A stretch of DNA of 64,000 nt from Callorhinchus milii (taxonomy: Eukaryota), in contig NW_024704742.1 of assembly GCF_018977255.1 (NCBI RefSeq), positions 74,650,001 to 74,714,000 of the forward strand, in the 5' to 3' direction. The translations under genes and the position numbers were made by a program. Positions 39,245-50,487 of the stretch are shown here, piece by piece. Position 1 is the stretch's first letter; each line of letters begins with the position of its first letter. The notes beneath the pieces were generated by a model that was not told the origin of the DNA, ran no database searches, and worked only from the letters and a program-made list of their open reading frames with translations.

Positions 39245-39612
39245 TAATAAGTTAATAATAATCCTTACATTTGATATAGCGCCTTATGTAGTCCTGTAGC
39301 TCAGTGGTTGGACCACTCGCCTTGCAAGCGAGAGACCTTAGTTCTATTCCTGGTAGGGCGAAATGTTGTGCAAGTTTCCTTACTCCACACACCTTTGTTT
39401 ACCTAGCAGTAAATAGGAACTCGGTTGTTAATCGATTGGCTTTTCTGGGGATATTAATCCTTAAAAAAACAATAATAATTTGGTCACTCAATCCACGACT
39501 ATTTGTGGGACACAGATGTGCACAATTGGCTGCCACATTTCACCCACAAATATACAGTCAATTCACTTTACAGTATATTCTGTGATGCGCTTTGAGACGT
39601 TTAGAAGACATG
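39245..39612. mobile_element. tRNA-head SINE whose body (39288-39612, +) is inverted relative to a tail piece (39245-39287, -)
   Basis: Body stops at gaagacatg; the tail piece starts ataaggcgctatatcaaatg, the exact continuation seen at 24065-24100. Confidence 0.75.
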
Positions 39613-39614
39613 GA

Positions 39615-39780
39615 GGAGTCCTGTAGCTCAGTGGTTAGAGCACTTGCTTTGCAAGCGAGACACCTGGGTTCAATTCCAGGCAGGGCGAAACCTTGGGCAA
39701 GTTTCCTTACTCCACACGCCTAATAATAATCCCTCCAAAACCAAAAACAATAATAAAATTGGTCATTTTCAATCTACGAC
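39615..39780 (+). mobile_element. SINE 5' half (tRNA head) joined directly to an L2 body
   Basis: ggagtcctgtagctcagtggttagagcac...aatctacgac followed by L2 sequence. Confidence 0.8.
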
Positions 39781-42258
39781 TTCTCTTCCCTCGCCTCTTC
39801 CCTCAACCTCTCCCTCCTCATCCACTCCCCCACACACATCCGTGATCACCCCCTTGAACTGGTGATCACCCGAAGCCTCACTGTCTTGGACATCACCATC
39901 GTCGATAGAGCCATCTTGGACCACCACTTCATCTCCCTCAACACCTCAGTTCCCCTTCCCCTTTCTCAACCCTCCACCATTACATACTGTCCATGGAAAA
40001 AAAATTCCTTTCTCTCCCTCTCCACTGCCCTGGAGTCATCTGAACTCCTACACCTCTGACCCTCACTGACTGATCTCTCCTCCTCACTCTCTTTTCTCCA
40101 CAACTCCCACTCCTCCATTCTGGACTCCCTTACCCCCCTCACCTCCTGAACTGCCTCATACTCTTGTAAATCCCCCTGGTACACCAACCCTCTCCGTTCC
40201 CTCAAGGCACAAGTGCGAGCTGCCGAACGCGCCTGGACCAAATCCAAACTAATAGTCCATCGGCAGATTTGGCTTCACTACACCAAGATCTACCGCTGCG
40301 TTCTTGCCTCCGCCAAGTCCTCTTTCTACTCCAAGGTTATCTTGGAGGCAAAGCACAACCCCCGGCTTCTCTTTTCCACCACTAACCGTCTCCTCCGTCC
40401 ACCTTCCCATACCTCGCCCATCCTCTCCTCAAACGCCAACAGTGAGGAGATGCTGGACTTCCTTGAATCCAAAATCGAGGGGATACATTCAGCCACCTCA
40501 GCCCCGTCCACAGCCAACCCCACATAACCTCTCCCTCATGACCCATACCCCACTCATTCCCCCCTATACTCCTTTGACCCTATCTCTCCTTCCTCCCTCA
40601 CCACAACTGTCCACAAACTCAAACCCACCACCTGCTCCCTCGATCCCATCCCCACCTCTCTCCTTGTCCCCCAGCTCCACATTCTGGCCCCCCTCCTGTC
40701 TGATGTCATCAACCTCTCCCTGTCCACCAGTTCAGTTCCCACCCCCCTAAAAACAGCCGTCATCACCCCCATCCTGAAAAAACCTTCCCTGGATCCAGCT
40801 TCTCTCCAGCTACCGCCTCATCTCTAACCTCCCATTCCTCTCCAAGGTCCTGGAATGAGTCGTCGGGTCCCAGCTCTGCTCCTTTCTTTCTCACCATTCC
40901 CTCTTTGAACCCCTCCGATCCGGCTTCCGCGCTGCCCACAGCACGGAAACAGCCCTGGTCAAAGTCACTAGTGACATTCTGAACATCTGTGATCAGGGCT
41001 CCCTCTGCCTCCTTGTCCTCCTTGACCTCTCTGCTGCCTTCGACACTGTTGACCACTCCATCCTCATACACCACCTCTCCGCCTTACTCAATCTTCACGG
41101 ACCTGCCCTTGCCTGGTTTGATTCCTATCTCTCTCACCATCTCCACTTCGTTGGCTCTAATGGCTTCTCCTCCAACCCCCGCACTGTCACGTCTGGTGTC
41201 CCCCAGGGCTCTGTCCTTGGCCCTCTCCTCTTTAATATCTACATGCACCCCCTTGGTGACATCATCTGCAGACATGGGGTCAACTTCCACATATATGCGG
41301 ATGACACCCAACTCTATCTTTTTGCCTCCACCCTCAACCCCAGGACCACTGCTGTCCTGACAGACTGCCTGTCGGACATCAACTCCTGGATGAGGACAAA
41401 TTTCCTACAGTTAAATGTGAACAAGACTGAGGCCCTCCTGATTGGCTCACACCAGCACCTCAGCACCTCAGGCTCTGGCAGCATCAACCTCCATGGTTGC
41501 ACACTACAACTCACCAGCCAGTCAGGAACCTAGGTGTCTTGTTCAACCCTCAACTGTCTTTTCTCCCCCACATCCAAGCCATGACCCGCTCTGCCTTCCC
41601 TCACCTCCGTAACATCGCCCGACTCCGTCACTACCTCACCCCTCAGGACGCTGAAACTCTTGTTCATCCTTCATCACCTCCAGGCTCGACTATGTGAACG
41701 TCCTGCTTGTCGGCCTTCCAACTCCTCCCTCCACAGGCTGCAGATAATACAGAACTCTGCAGCCCGTGTCCTCTCCCGCACCAAACTCCGTGACCCCATC
41801 TCCCCCACTCTCGCTCGACTCCATTGGCTCCCTATCCTTCAGAGGATCCAGTTCAAGATCCTAGTCCTCACATACAAAGCCCTCCATGGCCTCACCCTAC
41901 CTCTGCGACCTCCTAACCCCCTACCAACCCGCCCACTCCCTCCGCTCAGCCGGCTCTGGCCTGCTCCACATCCCCCGACCGCCCCGCCCCATCATTGGCG
42001 GGAGAGCCTTCAGCCACTCTGCCCCCAACCTCTGGAATTCCATCCCCCAGTCACTCCGCCTCACCCTCTCCTTAGCCTCCTTCAAGTCCCGCCTCAAGCC
42101 CCTCCTCTTCGACCATGCCATCGGTCACTCCCCCTTCCCCTCCCCTCCATTCTCCCCCCCACCCCCAGCTCGGTTCTGAAATGCTGTACTCTGTCCAACG
42201 CCTTGGGACGTCCTCCCAACGTGAAAGGCGCTATACAAATGTAATCTTGTTGCTGTTG
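39781..42258 (+). mobile_element. 2.5 kb L2 LINE (end of endonuclease, RT, tail), frameshifted
   Basis: [49 protein letters not shown], subfamily A tail. Confidence 0.93.
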
Positions 42259-43606
42259 CTCCATCATTTGATTGCTCCTCGTTGACTTTCTGCCAGGCAA
42301 GCAAGGTACAACCCTTCAGATTTTTATCAATATTCAGACAATTGTGTATGGAAACAAGGTACACACAAGAATATTGTATATCCACATTAAAACAAATACC
42401 CACAATAGTATCTGTAAGAAATAAAAATAAATCTCTTCTTGTCCCATCCCTAAGACCCGCTCCTCACACTCCATTCAGCTTCGCACATCATCAAGATATC
42501 TCTACTATATGTATTTGTAGACAACCGCAGCAGCCAATATGCACACAGCAGTTGTCCCACAAACAGCCGTGAAAGTGAATGGTCAGTTTTATTTGGGGGA
42601 TTGGGACATCCTCCCGAGTGAAAGGTGCTGTGCTAATGGAATTTGTTGTTGTTGATTGCTGGCCAGGACACCAGGAGAAATTTCCTTCTCTTTTCAAACA
42701 GAGTCATGGGATATTTCTGTTAAATGATTGTTGTGTTTGCCTACAAAAAAAATCACTACAGTTGATTTTTTTTGTGTTGGCAGCAGTTCAAATGCAACAA
42801 CACAGGCCAGCTGTTTGCAATGCTACTTTTAGCTGCAGGAACCAGATTTTCAACCCAAATTGTTTAAGGTCAGAAAGGAGTGTACCCCACAGCAGATAAG
42901 CAACTGAGATATCTCGGGGGACAGCTTGTCTCTGTGTGAAAATGATATCACACATGACATTTTCCCCCAATATATTGTAATACCGACGTGTGTAAGATTA
43001 AAGCATCCCCTGGAGGTGTTTGCTGTTGCAAATCTAACAGCTAAAGTAAAAAAAAACCTTTACAGTGCAGGAATATAGTCACACCTACACAATCTTCAGC
43101 TGCTTCACAAACTAGGTGTGCATTGTGTGCAGGTTTCTAAACTCTTAGGAATGCAAAGTCACACCAGACCGGTCAGGGAGCTTTTCCTTTGTGCATACCT
43201 ACATACCAGGTCAAATCTCCATAGAAACCTGCACCGAAACCTCTCAAGGACTCAACTCAACTTAACTCTGGTACACGCAGGAGCCTCGGGAGGAAACGTC
43301 GCTGTGCCTCGTTCTTCAGCAACACACTCGCAACTCAAGTTGAAATCGTTGTAGAAACGACGAAAGGCGCTCTCGGTAAAAGCGAGACCTGCGCTTTCTT
43401 TGCGGTTTCACACCGGTTTGGTTTGCAGTTGGTAAGTCCCCCCGACTGCGGAGTTTCGGTGTAACCTGACACCCTCTTCCTCTCGCCCAGTGCTCAACAC
43501 GCACGATGCACTAGTTGAGAGGAGTGAGCGTGTGGAGTGGACTCGCCGGCTCTGTGCTCGGGGAGTGTGTGAGACCTGTGCAGCTTTGTGAAGGGGATCC
43601 GGTGAG

Positions 43607-44897
43607 CGTGAGGGGCTGACACGGTGAGGGTGAGGGGCTGTGAGGGTGAGGGGCTGGCAGTGTGAGGGGCTGGCAGGGTGAGGGTGAGGGGCTGACAGGG
43701 TGAGGGTGAGGGGCTGGCAGGGTGAGGGTGAGGGGCTGGCAGGGTGAGGGTGAGGGGCTGGCAGGGTGAGGGTGAGGGGCTGGCAGGGTGAGGGTGTGGG
43801 GCTGGCAGGGTGAGGGTGTGGGGCTGGCAGGGTGAGGGGCAGGGGCTGGCAGGGTGAGGGTGTGGGGCTGGCAGGGTGAGGGGCAGGGGCTGGCAGGGTG
43901 AGGGTGTGGGGCTGGCAGGGTGAGGGGCAGGGGCTGACAGGGTGAGGGGCAGGGGCTGGCAGGGTGAGGGTGAGGGGCTGGCCGGGTGAGGGGCAGGGGC
44001 TGGCAGGGTGAGGGTCAGGGGCTGGCAGTGTGAGGGGCAGGGGCTGGCAGTGTGAGGGGCAGGGGCTGGCAGGGTGAGGGGCAGGGGCTGGCAGGGTGAG
44101 GGGCAGGGGCTGGCAGGGTGAGGGGCAGGGGCTGGCAGGGTGAGGGGCAGGGGCTGGCAGGGTGAGGGGCAGGGGCTGGCAGTGTGAGGGTGAGGGGCTG
44201 ACAGGGTGAGGGTGAGGGGCTGGCAGGGTGAGGGGCTGGCAGTGTGAGGGTGAGGGGCTGGCAGTGTGAGGGTGAGGGGCTGGCAGGGTGAGGGTGAGGG
44301 GCTGGCAGGGTGAGGGGCTGGCAGGTGAGGGTGAGGGGCTGGCAGTGTGAGGGTGAGGGGCTGGCAGGGTGAGGGTGAGGGGCTGGCAGGGTGAGGGTGA
44401 GGGGCTGACAGGGTGAGGGTGAGGGGCTGGCAGGGTGAGGGTGAGGGGCTGGCAGTGTGAGGGTGAGGGGCTGGCAGGGTGAGGGTGAGGGGCTGGCAGT
44501 GTGAGGGTGAGGGGCTGGCAGGGTGAGGGGCAGGGGCTGGCAGGGTGAGGGTGAGGGGCTGGCAGGGTGAGGGTGAGGGGCTGGCAGTGTGAGGGTGAGG
44601 GGCTGGCAGTGTGAGGGGCAGGGGCTGGCAGGGTGAGGGTGAGGGGCTGGCAGGGTGAGGGTGAGGGGCTGGCAGTGTGAGGGGCAGGGGCTGGCAGGGT
44701 GAGGGTGAGGGGCTGACAGGGTGAGGGGCAGGGGCTGGCAGTGTGAGGGGCAGGGGCTGGCAGTGTGAGGGGCTGGGGCTGGCAGTGTGAGGGGCAGGGG
44801 CTGGCAGTGTGAGGGGCAGGGGCTGGCCGGGTGAGGGGCAGGGGCTGGCAGTGTGAGGGGCAGGGGCTGGCAGTGTGAGGGGCAGGGGCTGGCAGGG
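43607..44897. repeat. G-rich minisatellite, 22-bp unit ggggctggcag(g/t)gtgaggg(tga/gca), about 58-60 copies
   Basis: Directly visible; the 22-aa periodicity of the antisense ORFs equals three 22-nt units. Confidence 0.97.
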
Positions 44898-44909
44898 GGT
44901 GCAGGCGGC

Positions 44910-45611
44910 ATGCGGACCCCGCCGGTGATGATCCTGGGGCTGGTGCTGTCCCCCGCCGGGTTCGTGCTGATCCTGGTCTCCACGGTGGCTCCCGCCTGGA
45001 GAGACGTGAGCAACATCCCCACCGACGCTCTGGACACGGTGCTGCACCAGGGGCTGTGGGAGATCTGCCGGGAAAAGGAGTCCGTCAGAGAAACCACCTG
45101 CGGTGTGGCGGACGTGGCCTATTTTCAGCACCAGGTGCTGGGGCTGTCCAGGGGGCTGATGATCGCGGGGCTGGTGGTCACGGCGCTGGGGGTCCTGCTC
45201 TCCTCGCTGGGGGTCCGCTGCTGGACCCAGCACCCCAACCTGGCGGTGTCCGGGGCGGGGGGTGTGGTGCTGGGGGTCGGGGGGGTGCTGACCCTGGTCG
45301 CCGTGTCCTGGTACACGGACAAGCTCCAGGCGCTGCCCAACTCCGCGGCCGGACAGTCCCTCAGTGTGGGCTACAGCATCGTCCTGGGCTTCATCGGCGG
45401 CTGCCTGGAGATCCTGGGGGGGCTCTCCCTGGCCTTCAGCTTCGGGAAGCTGTGCGAACAGCAGAGGGCGAAGGCCAAACCGTACGTTCAGAAGAAGAAG
45501 GAAGCGCAACGCCCCGCGAAGCTCTACCCGCGGGGGATCTCCAACCCCGTCCAGGTGGTGGATATCCCCGCGGAGTCCGCCCCCTCCGCCCCCTGGGACG
45601 CGGATCTATAG
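44910..45611 (+). CDS. CLDN23: Claudin-23-like tight junction protein, 233 aa, single coding exon
   Basis: MRTP start, claudin W..GLW..C..C signature (APAW, QGLWEIC, TTC), LGVRCW, four hydrophobic segments, C-terminal PWDADL resembling CLDN23 PCDSDL; start context ggcggcATG. Confidence 0.92.
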   Translation: MRTPPVMILGLVLSPAGFVLILVSTVAPAWRDVSNIPTDALDTVLHQGLWEICREKESVRETTCGVADVAYFQHQVLGLSRGLMIAGLVVTALGVLLSSLGVRCWTQHPNLAVSGAGGVVLGVGGVLTLVAVSWYTDKLQALPNSAAGQSLSVGYSIVLGFIGGCLEILGGLSLAFSFGKLCEQQRAKAKPYVQKKKEAQRPAKLYPRGISNPVQVVDIPAESAPSAPWDADL

Positions 45612-46321
45612 GGACCAAGAGGATCGATCGGCTGCTCGCGGGGCGACGGTGATCGATACCCCCCCCATTCAATACGTACTTATTGGGAATCGATGCAACG
45701 TCTGAATCGTGCACAGAAACCTGCGATTCGCAGTGACCGACTCGCAAATAACTCTTTGTATGTTTTTTTTTCGCTCTCTGCTCGTCTGGAGCCTGGGAAG
45801 AGGGGGGTGGGGGGTGGGGGGGGGACCGTGTGGGTTGAAGTCATCGAGGACTGAAATCGTTGCAGGAATGCAATGCAATGCAATGAAATGAAATGAAATG
45901 AGATGAAAATAACCTCCTCTGAGAGGGGGAGAGAGAGAGAGAGAGAGAGATCGCCTGGAGAGAAATATTTGACTGTCAAAACTTTTGAAAACTTTCGATT
46001 CATAACTTCTGCATTTGCTAAAGTGAAACCGAAGTACAGCATTGATAACTATTGGGCTCAGCCATTCTACCATAACAACTGTTTGTGTTAATATAGCAAC
46101 TTACACATCAGGAGGGGGTGTCAGAGTGGCTGGACACCCAGCTGGGGAGGGGGAGGGGTTGGGGGGTGGGGAGGGGGTGGGGGTGGGGGGGGAAGCTGAA
46201 GTGCAAGAGATAGTTCAGCAGATTTTGAAGGCTGGGAACTGGGAAGGAAGGATTTGGAGATGGAGTTGTGGAGAGTTCAAACCTCACCAATGAAGGGCAG
46301 ATCTGATGTGGGAACTATTTC

Positions 46322-46773
46322 ACCAGTTCTGGCCAGGCTCCGCCGGCTCTCCATCACCGATCCCATCAACTTCATGATCCTCACACTCGTGTTCAAATCC
46401 CTTCACTCTCTGGCACCTCCCTACCTCTCCGACCTCCTCACTCCCCAATCCGCCACTCGGTGCCTGCTCTCGACTGGCACCGGCCTCCCGCTCATCCCTT
46501 GCATCCTTCGCTCCACCATTGTAGATCGCGCATTCAGCCACTACGCCCCAAAACTTTGGAACACTCTCCCTCAATCTCTCCGCCTTTCCCCCTCTCTCCC
46601 CTTTTCCAAGTCCCGCCTGAAAACCTTCCTTTTCGATCATGCTTACAGTCACCGCCCCCCAATCCCCCACACCCCCACCCCCATCCCCGGCTCAGAGTCA
46701 GGCTCCGCCACTGTTAAGCGCTATGAGACGCTACCCGGCGTGGAGGGCACTGTATAAGTGCGAGCTGCTGTTG
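46322..46773 (+). mobile_element. L2 LINE 3' end (subfamily B)
   Basis: INFMILTLVFKSLHSLAPPYLSDLL..LKTFLFD and the subfamily B tail. Confidence 0.88.
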
Positions 46774-47189
46774 ACGGTGTTTGCTAAGCAGAGGGTTGGA
46801 GCCCAGGGTTTGGGTTTTGGGGAAGGTGTGGGGTGGAATATTGCTGTGATGGAATGCTGAACAGTGACATTGTATCTTGTGAATGTTTTTAAGATGTTTT
46901 TACATGAAACATTATTCAAATAATCTTAAATTACTCAATACATATGGAAAATGATTGCTGCTAATCAAAGTATATATATATCTACAATAAGTAACTGGTG
47001 TACTATTTGCCCTTTGTTTTGTGATGTGAACTGTAAAAGACCTATTTTTTAAAAAATGACAGCTTTCACAGAAATCTTGTTAATGTTAGATTATTTGGGG
47101 ATCAGATGCCATTAAACTGTAATTAATACATTTGTTGTAACTTTGATGTTGTAATTTATATAGTGCCCTTTAAATGGGGGAACTCTTAA

Positions 47190-47400
47190 CAGTGGCAGAA
47201 CTTGACAGGTTGGAGCCCTCACTTGGTGGATGGCAGATATCAGGAACTCCCTACGAGCTTCCTGGTGAGTAACACAGCTCAGTATGAAATGAGCATTGCC
47301 AACATCTTCCTGACCACATCTCTGACACACATCCCTTCCCATCGAGTTGGAGCAGCAGATGAATTCCAAGGCCTGGATATATGAACATGTGTTCACACAT
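47190..47400 (-). mobile_element. Possible non-LTR retrotransposon C-terminal zinc knuckle remnant
   Basis: CQRCGQEDVGNAHFILSCVTHQEARREFL (CCHC spacing). Confidence 0.4.
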
Positions 47401-47759
47401 TCAGATTCCAGGTAACACCTTCCATTCCAGCATTGTCATCCCAAACCTCAGTTTCCTCATCAATTATTTGACAGACACCTGGCTTCAACATTGTGAGAGA
47501 ATCTTCACAGGTCAGCTTGTGATGTGCCAGCTATCTTGATGTTCTCGAGGTCCAAGTCCAATGCCGTGTAGCATTCTTACTCAGTACCAGTTGCTTAATC
47601 CAGGTCCTCATGTGAGGGGCCTTCTCAAATAGACATGGCCGCTGTGAAGACAACTGTCTCCAGGGAGTTCAAAAACAGATCAGTTTAGCCAGTATAGCAG
47701 CTGTTAGCACTGTTTACTACAAATCCACCTCACTGCTTGATCCTGGATTTCACAGATCA

Positions 47760-48190
47760 CAAGATCATAAGATTTGTGTGGATGAATAAGGCCCTTCAGT
47801 CCATCCAATCTCAGCTCTCCAAAACACGTATACTACTGGACCCATCATCAAGCCATACTAAATTAGTTCAATGTCCTGGCCTCAATGACCTTCCTTGCTA
47901 ACCTGTTCCAGCCATTAAGTACACTGTGTACAAAAAGACTGATATCTATTCTGAAGTTGCAATTTGCAATTCTAAATCTATGTTTTCTTGTCCTAAGGTT
48001 TTGATACATCCTAAAATATTGATCTGGCTTTACTTTTTTAATTCCATTTAAAATGTTATGCATTTCTATCAGAGTGTCTGAGTTGCCTTATCTCAAGACT
48101 GACGACTCCTAGCTTTTCTAATCAACGTTCATAGCTCATACTCTTAACACTGGGAATCATCCTCGTTGTCATGCTCTGTATTGCCTTTAG
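47760..48190 (-). mobile_element. Old CR1 LINE 3' end
   Basis: RTRKHRFRIANCNFRIDISLFVHSVLNGWNRL. Confidence 0.7.
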
Positions 48191-48194
48191 GGTC

Positions 48195-48550
48195 TGGTCA
48201 CCCAGTTGGTAGCCATCTCGCTTCTGAATCAGAATGTTGTGGATTCAAGCCCCATGTCAGGACTTGGAATCACATAGTCTAAGGTGACAGTCCAATGAAG
48301 TGCTGGGATTGTGTGTTACATCATTGGAGGTGCTGTCCATTGAATGAAATATTAAACCGTGGCCTCATCTGCCTGTTCAGGTGGATGTTAAGGATCCGAT
48401 GGCACTATTCAAAAAGATAAGGGAATTTCTCCTGGTGTTCTGGCCCAAAATCCCCCAAATAAAATTGATCACTCACACCATTACTGTTTGTGGGACATTG
48501 CGTAAATTGGCTGCCACGTTCACCCACAAAGCATAGTCATTACACTTCAC
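48195..48550 (+). mobile_element. SacSINE1-like Deu-domain SINE
   Basis: Same head and core as 14062-14517. Confidence 0.75.
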
Positions 48551-48929
48551 AGGATACAACCAAGAGAGGATCTGAAGCAAAGGGTCGAGTGTTTCTCTGT
48601 GAAAAGCGGCAGTGAGAGTGGGATTCATGAGAGTGATACAGAGAGAGCGGGAAAGAGATGGAGTGAGAAGTAAAAATACAATGGCATGATAGAATCTAAC
48701 TGTAGAAAAAGATAAAAATAGAGTAATTGCTGTTTGTCCCCATCAGTTTGCAAAAAAATACTTGGATATATTTGTTTGTTTTCACCACTAAGTTACTAGG
48801 TTCCACTACTCGCTTCCCTATTTGGTGCTGAACTGGTTCCAAGGTTACGTGCTTGGAAATGGAATATCGGAATTGAGTCAACGCTCTGTGGTGGTCCCAC
48901 TCTGTTTGTGAAATATTGACATCTTTTGA

Positions 48930-49355
48930 TAGCCTGGCTCAGTTGGTAGCACTCTCGCCACTGAGTCAGAACATTGGGTTTTGGAACACCCAGAGTCCAT
49001 GCTGACACTCTGATCAATGTTTATAATTGTGTGTGCTGCATTGACAGAAGTGGTGTCCTTTGGATGAGGCGTTAAACCAAAATATGGTCTGTCTGTTCAG
49101 GTGGATGTTAAGTATCCCACACTACTGAAAAAGAGAAGGGAGTTTCTCCTGGTGTCCTGACCAACAATCCCCCAAATAAAATTGATCACTTCCTTCATGG
49201 CAGTTTGTGGGACATTGCCGTACACAAGGTGGCTACCCTGTTCACCCATAAAATACACACAGCTACATCACTTTATACTATATACTGCGAAAAGCTTTGA
49301 GACATCTCGACAACAATAAGGTGCAATATTAAATGCAATAATTCTTATATTATTA
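48930..49355 (+). mobile_element. SacSINE1-like Deu-domain SINE
   Basis: ggctcagttggtagcactctcgcc head; ggatgaggcgttaaacc core; tail. Confidence 0.78.
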
Positions 49356-49959
49356 TCATTGCAATTCTTAGGCGCTCCAAAACATAGAAACAAGTCAAAA
49401 CATCTGGCACTTTTGAAGTGACATTTGCTGTGGTTGTCCTGGAGACCATATAAAAGCATTTTGTGATTCCCCTCTCCCCCATCAGCCCCCAAGAATGGCA
49501 AGATAAAAGTTGTATTAGATAGTTCTAACAGTACTGTAAATCGGCCACTGGAGGATGCTGCAATACAACAACAAACATTTCTGTTCTACCGTCATATAGA
49601 ATTCTGTATCTGTGACCCATCAGAATACTCAAAGGTTTGACTTCTCACATGCAGGATAAGAAAATCTGAATCAAATGTTGTAATTGATGGTCTGACAACT
49701 CCACAATGAAATGTCGCAGATCATTATTCTTCGCATCATTTACATCAGATATACCATAGCCAGATGCACGATAGTTGGGGATGATTTTCCTCTGAGCAAA
49801 TAAAATGCAGTTCCTTTGCACAAAGGAAACGTATATATAAACATGAAGAATAAAAAAGGAAGGAGCAGGAAAAGATCAACCAAGTCTCCTCCCAGAACTA
49901 TGCCCATTCCTTCTACCACCCACATTTCTTTCGCAATGCTGCCCTTTCAGTCCCGTTGA

Positions 49960-50487
49960 GGATCAGAGAATTATGGAATTATACAGCACAGAATGAAGCA
50001 ATTTGACCCATCATATCTGTGCAGGCTCTTTGAAGCTATCCAAATCAATCCCATTCCCCAGCGCTCTCCCCAGAGCTCTACAAACTTGTCCTCCACAAAT
50101 AATTATCTACTTCTCTCTTAAAAGTTGTTATCGAATCAGCTTCCGCCACCCTTTCAGGCAATGCATTCCAGATCCGAACAACTCGCTGTGTGAAAAAAAT
50201 TCTCCTCACCTCACCTCTGTTTCTCTTAGCAACTATTTTAAATCGATGTCCGTGGGTTACTGACCCACCCACCAGTGGAAATAGTTTCTCCTTGTTCAAC
50301 CTATCGAATCCCCTCATCATTTTGAAAAATTCTATTAAGTCTCCTCTTAACCTTCTCTGCTCCAAGGAGAATAATCCCAGCTTCTCTAGTCTCTCCTGAT
50401 AACTGAAGTCCCTCATTCCTGGTACCATCCTGGTAAATCTCCTTTGCGCCCTCTCCAATGCCTTGACATCCTTCCTAAAGTGTGGTA
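49960..50487 (-). mobile_element. CR1 LINE 3' end
   Basis: PHFRKDVKALERAQRRFTRMVPGMRDFSYQERLEKLGLFSLEQRRLRGDLIE..FFTQRVVRIWNALP. Confidence 0.93.

Noticed and set aside
43607..44897. CRISPR-like array
   Set aside because: Head-to-tail tandem units with no unique spacers; eukaryotic context with no cas genes
44853..44909. Upstream GTG start given for the claudin ORF
   Set aside because: It lies in the minisatellite; the ATG at 44910 gives the conserved MRTP start
43494..45509. 671-aa and 360-aa Pro/Ser-rich ORFs on the minus strand
   Set aside because: Artefacts of the stop-free C-rich strand of the 22-bp minisatellite plus the antisense of the GC-rich claudin CDS
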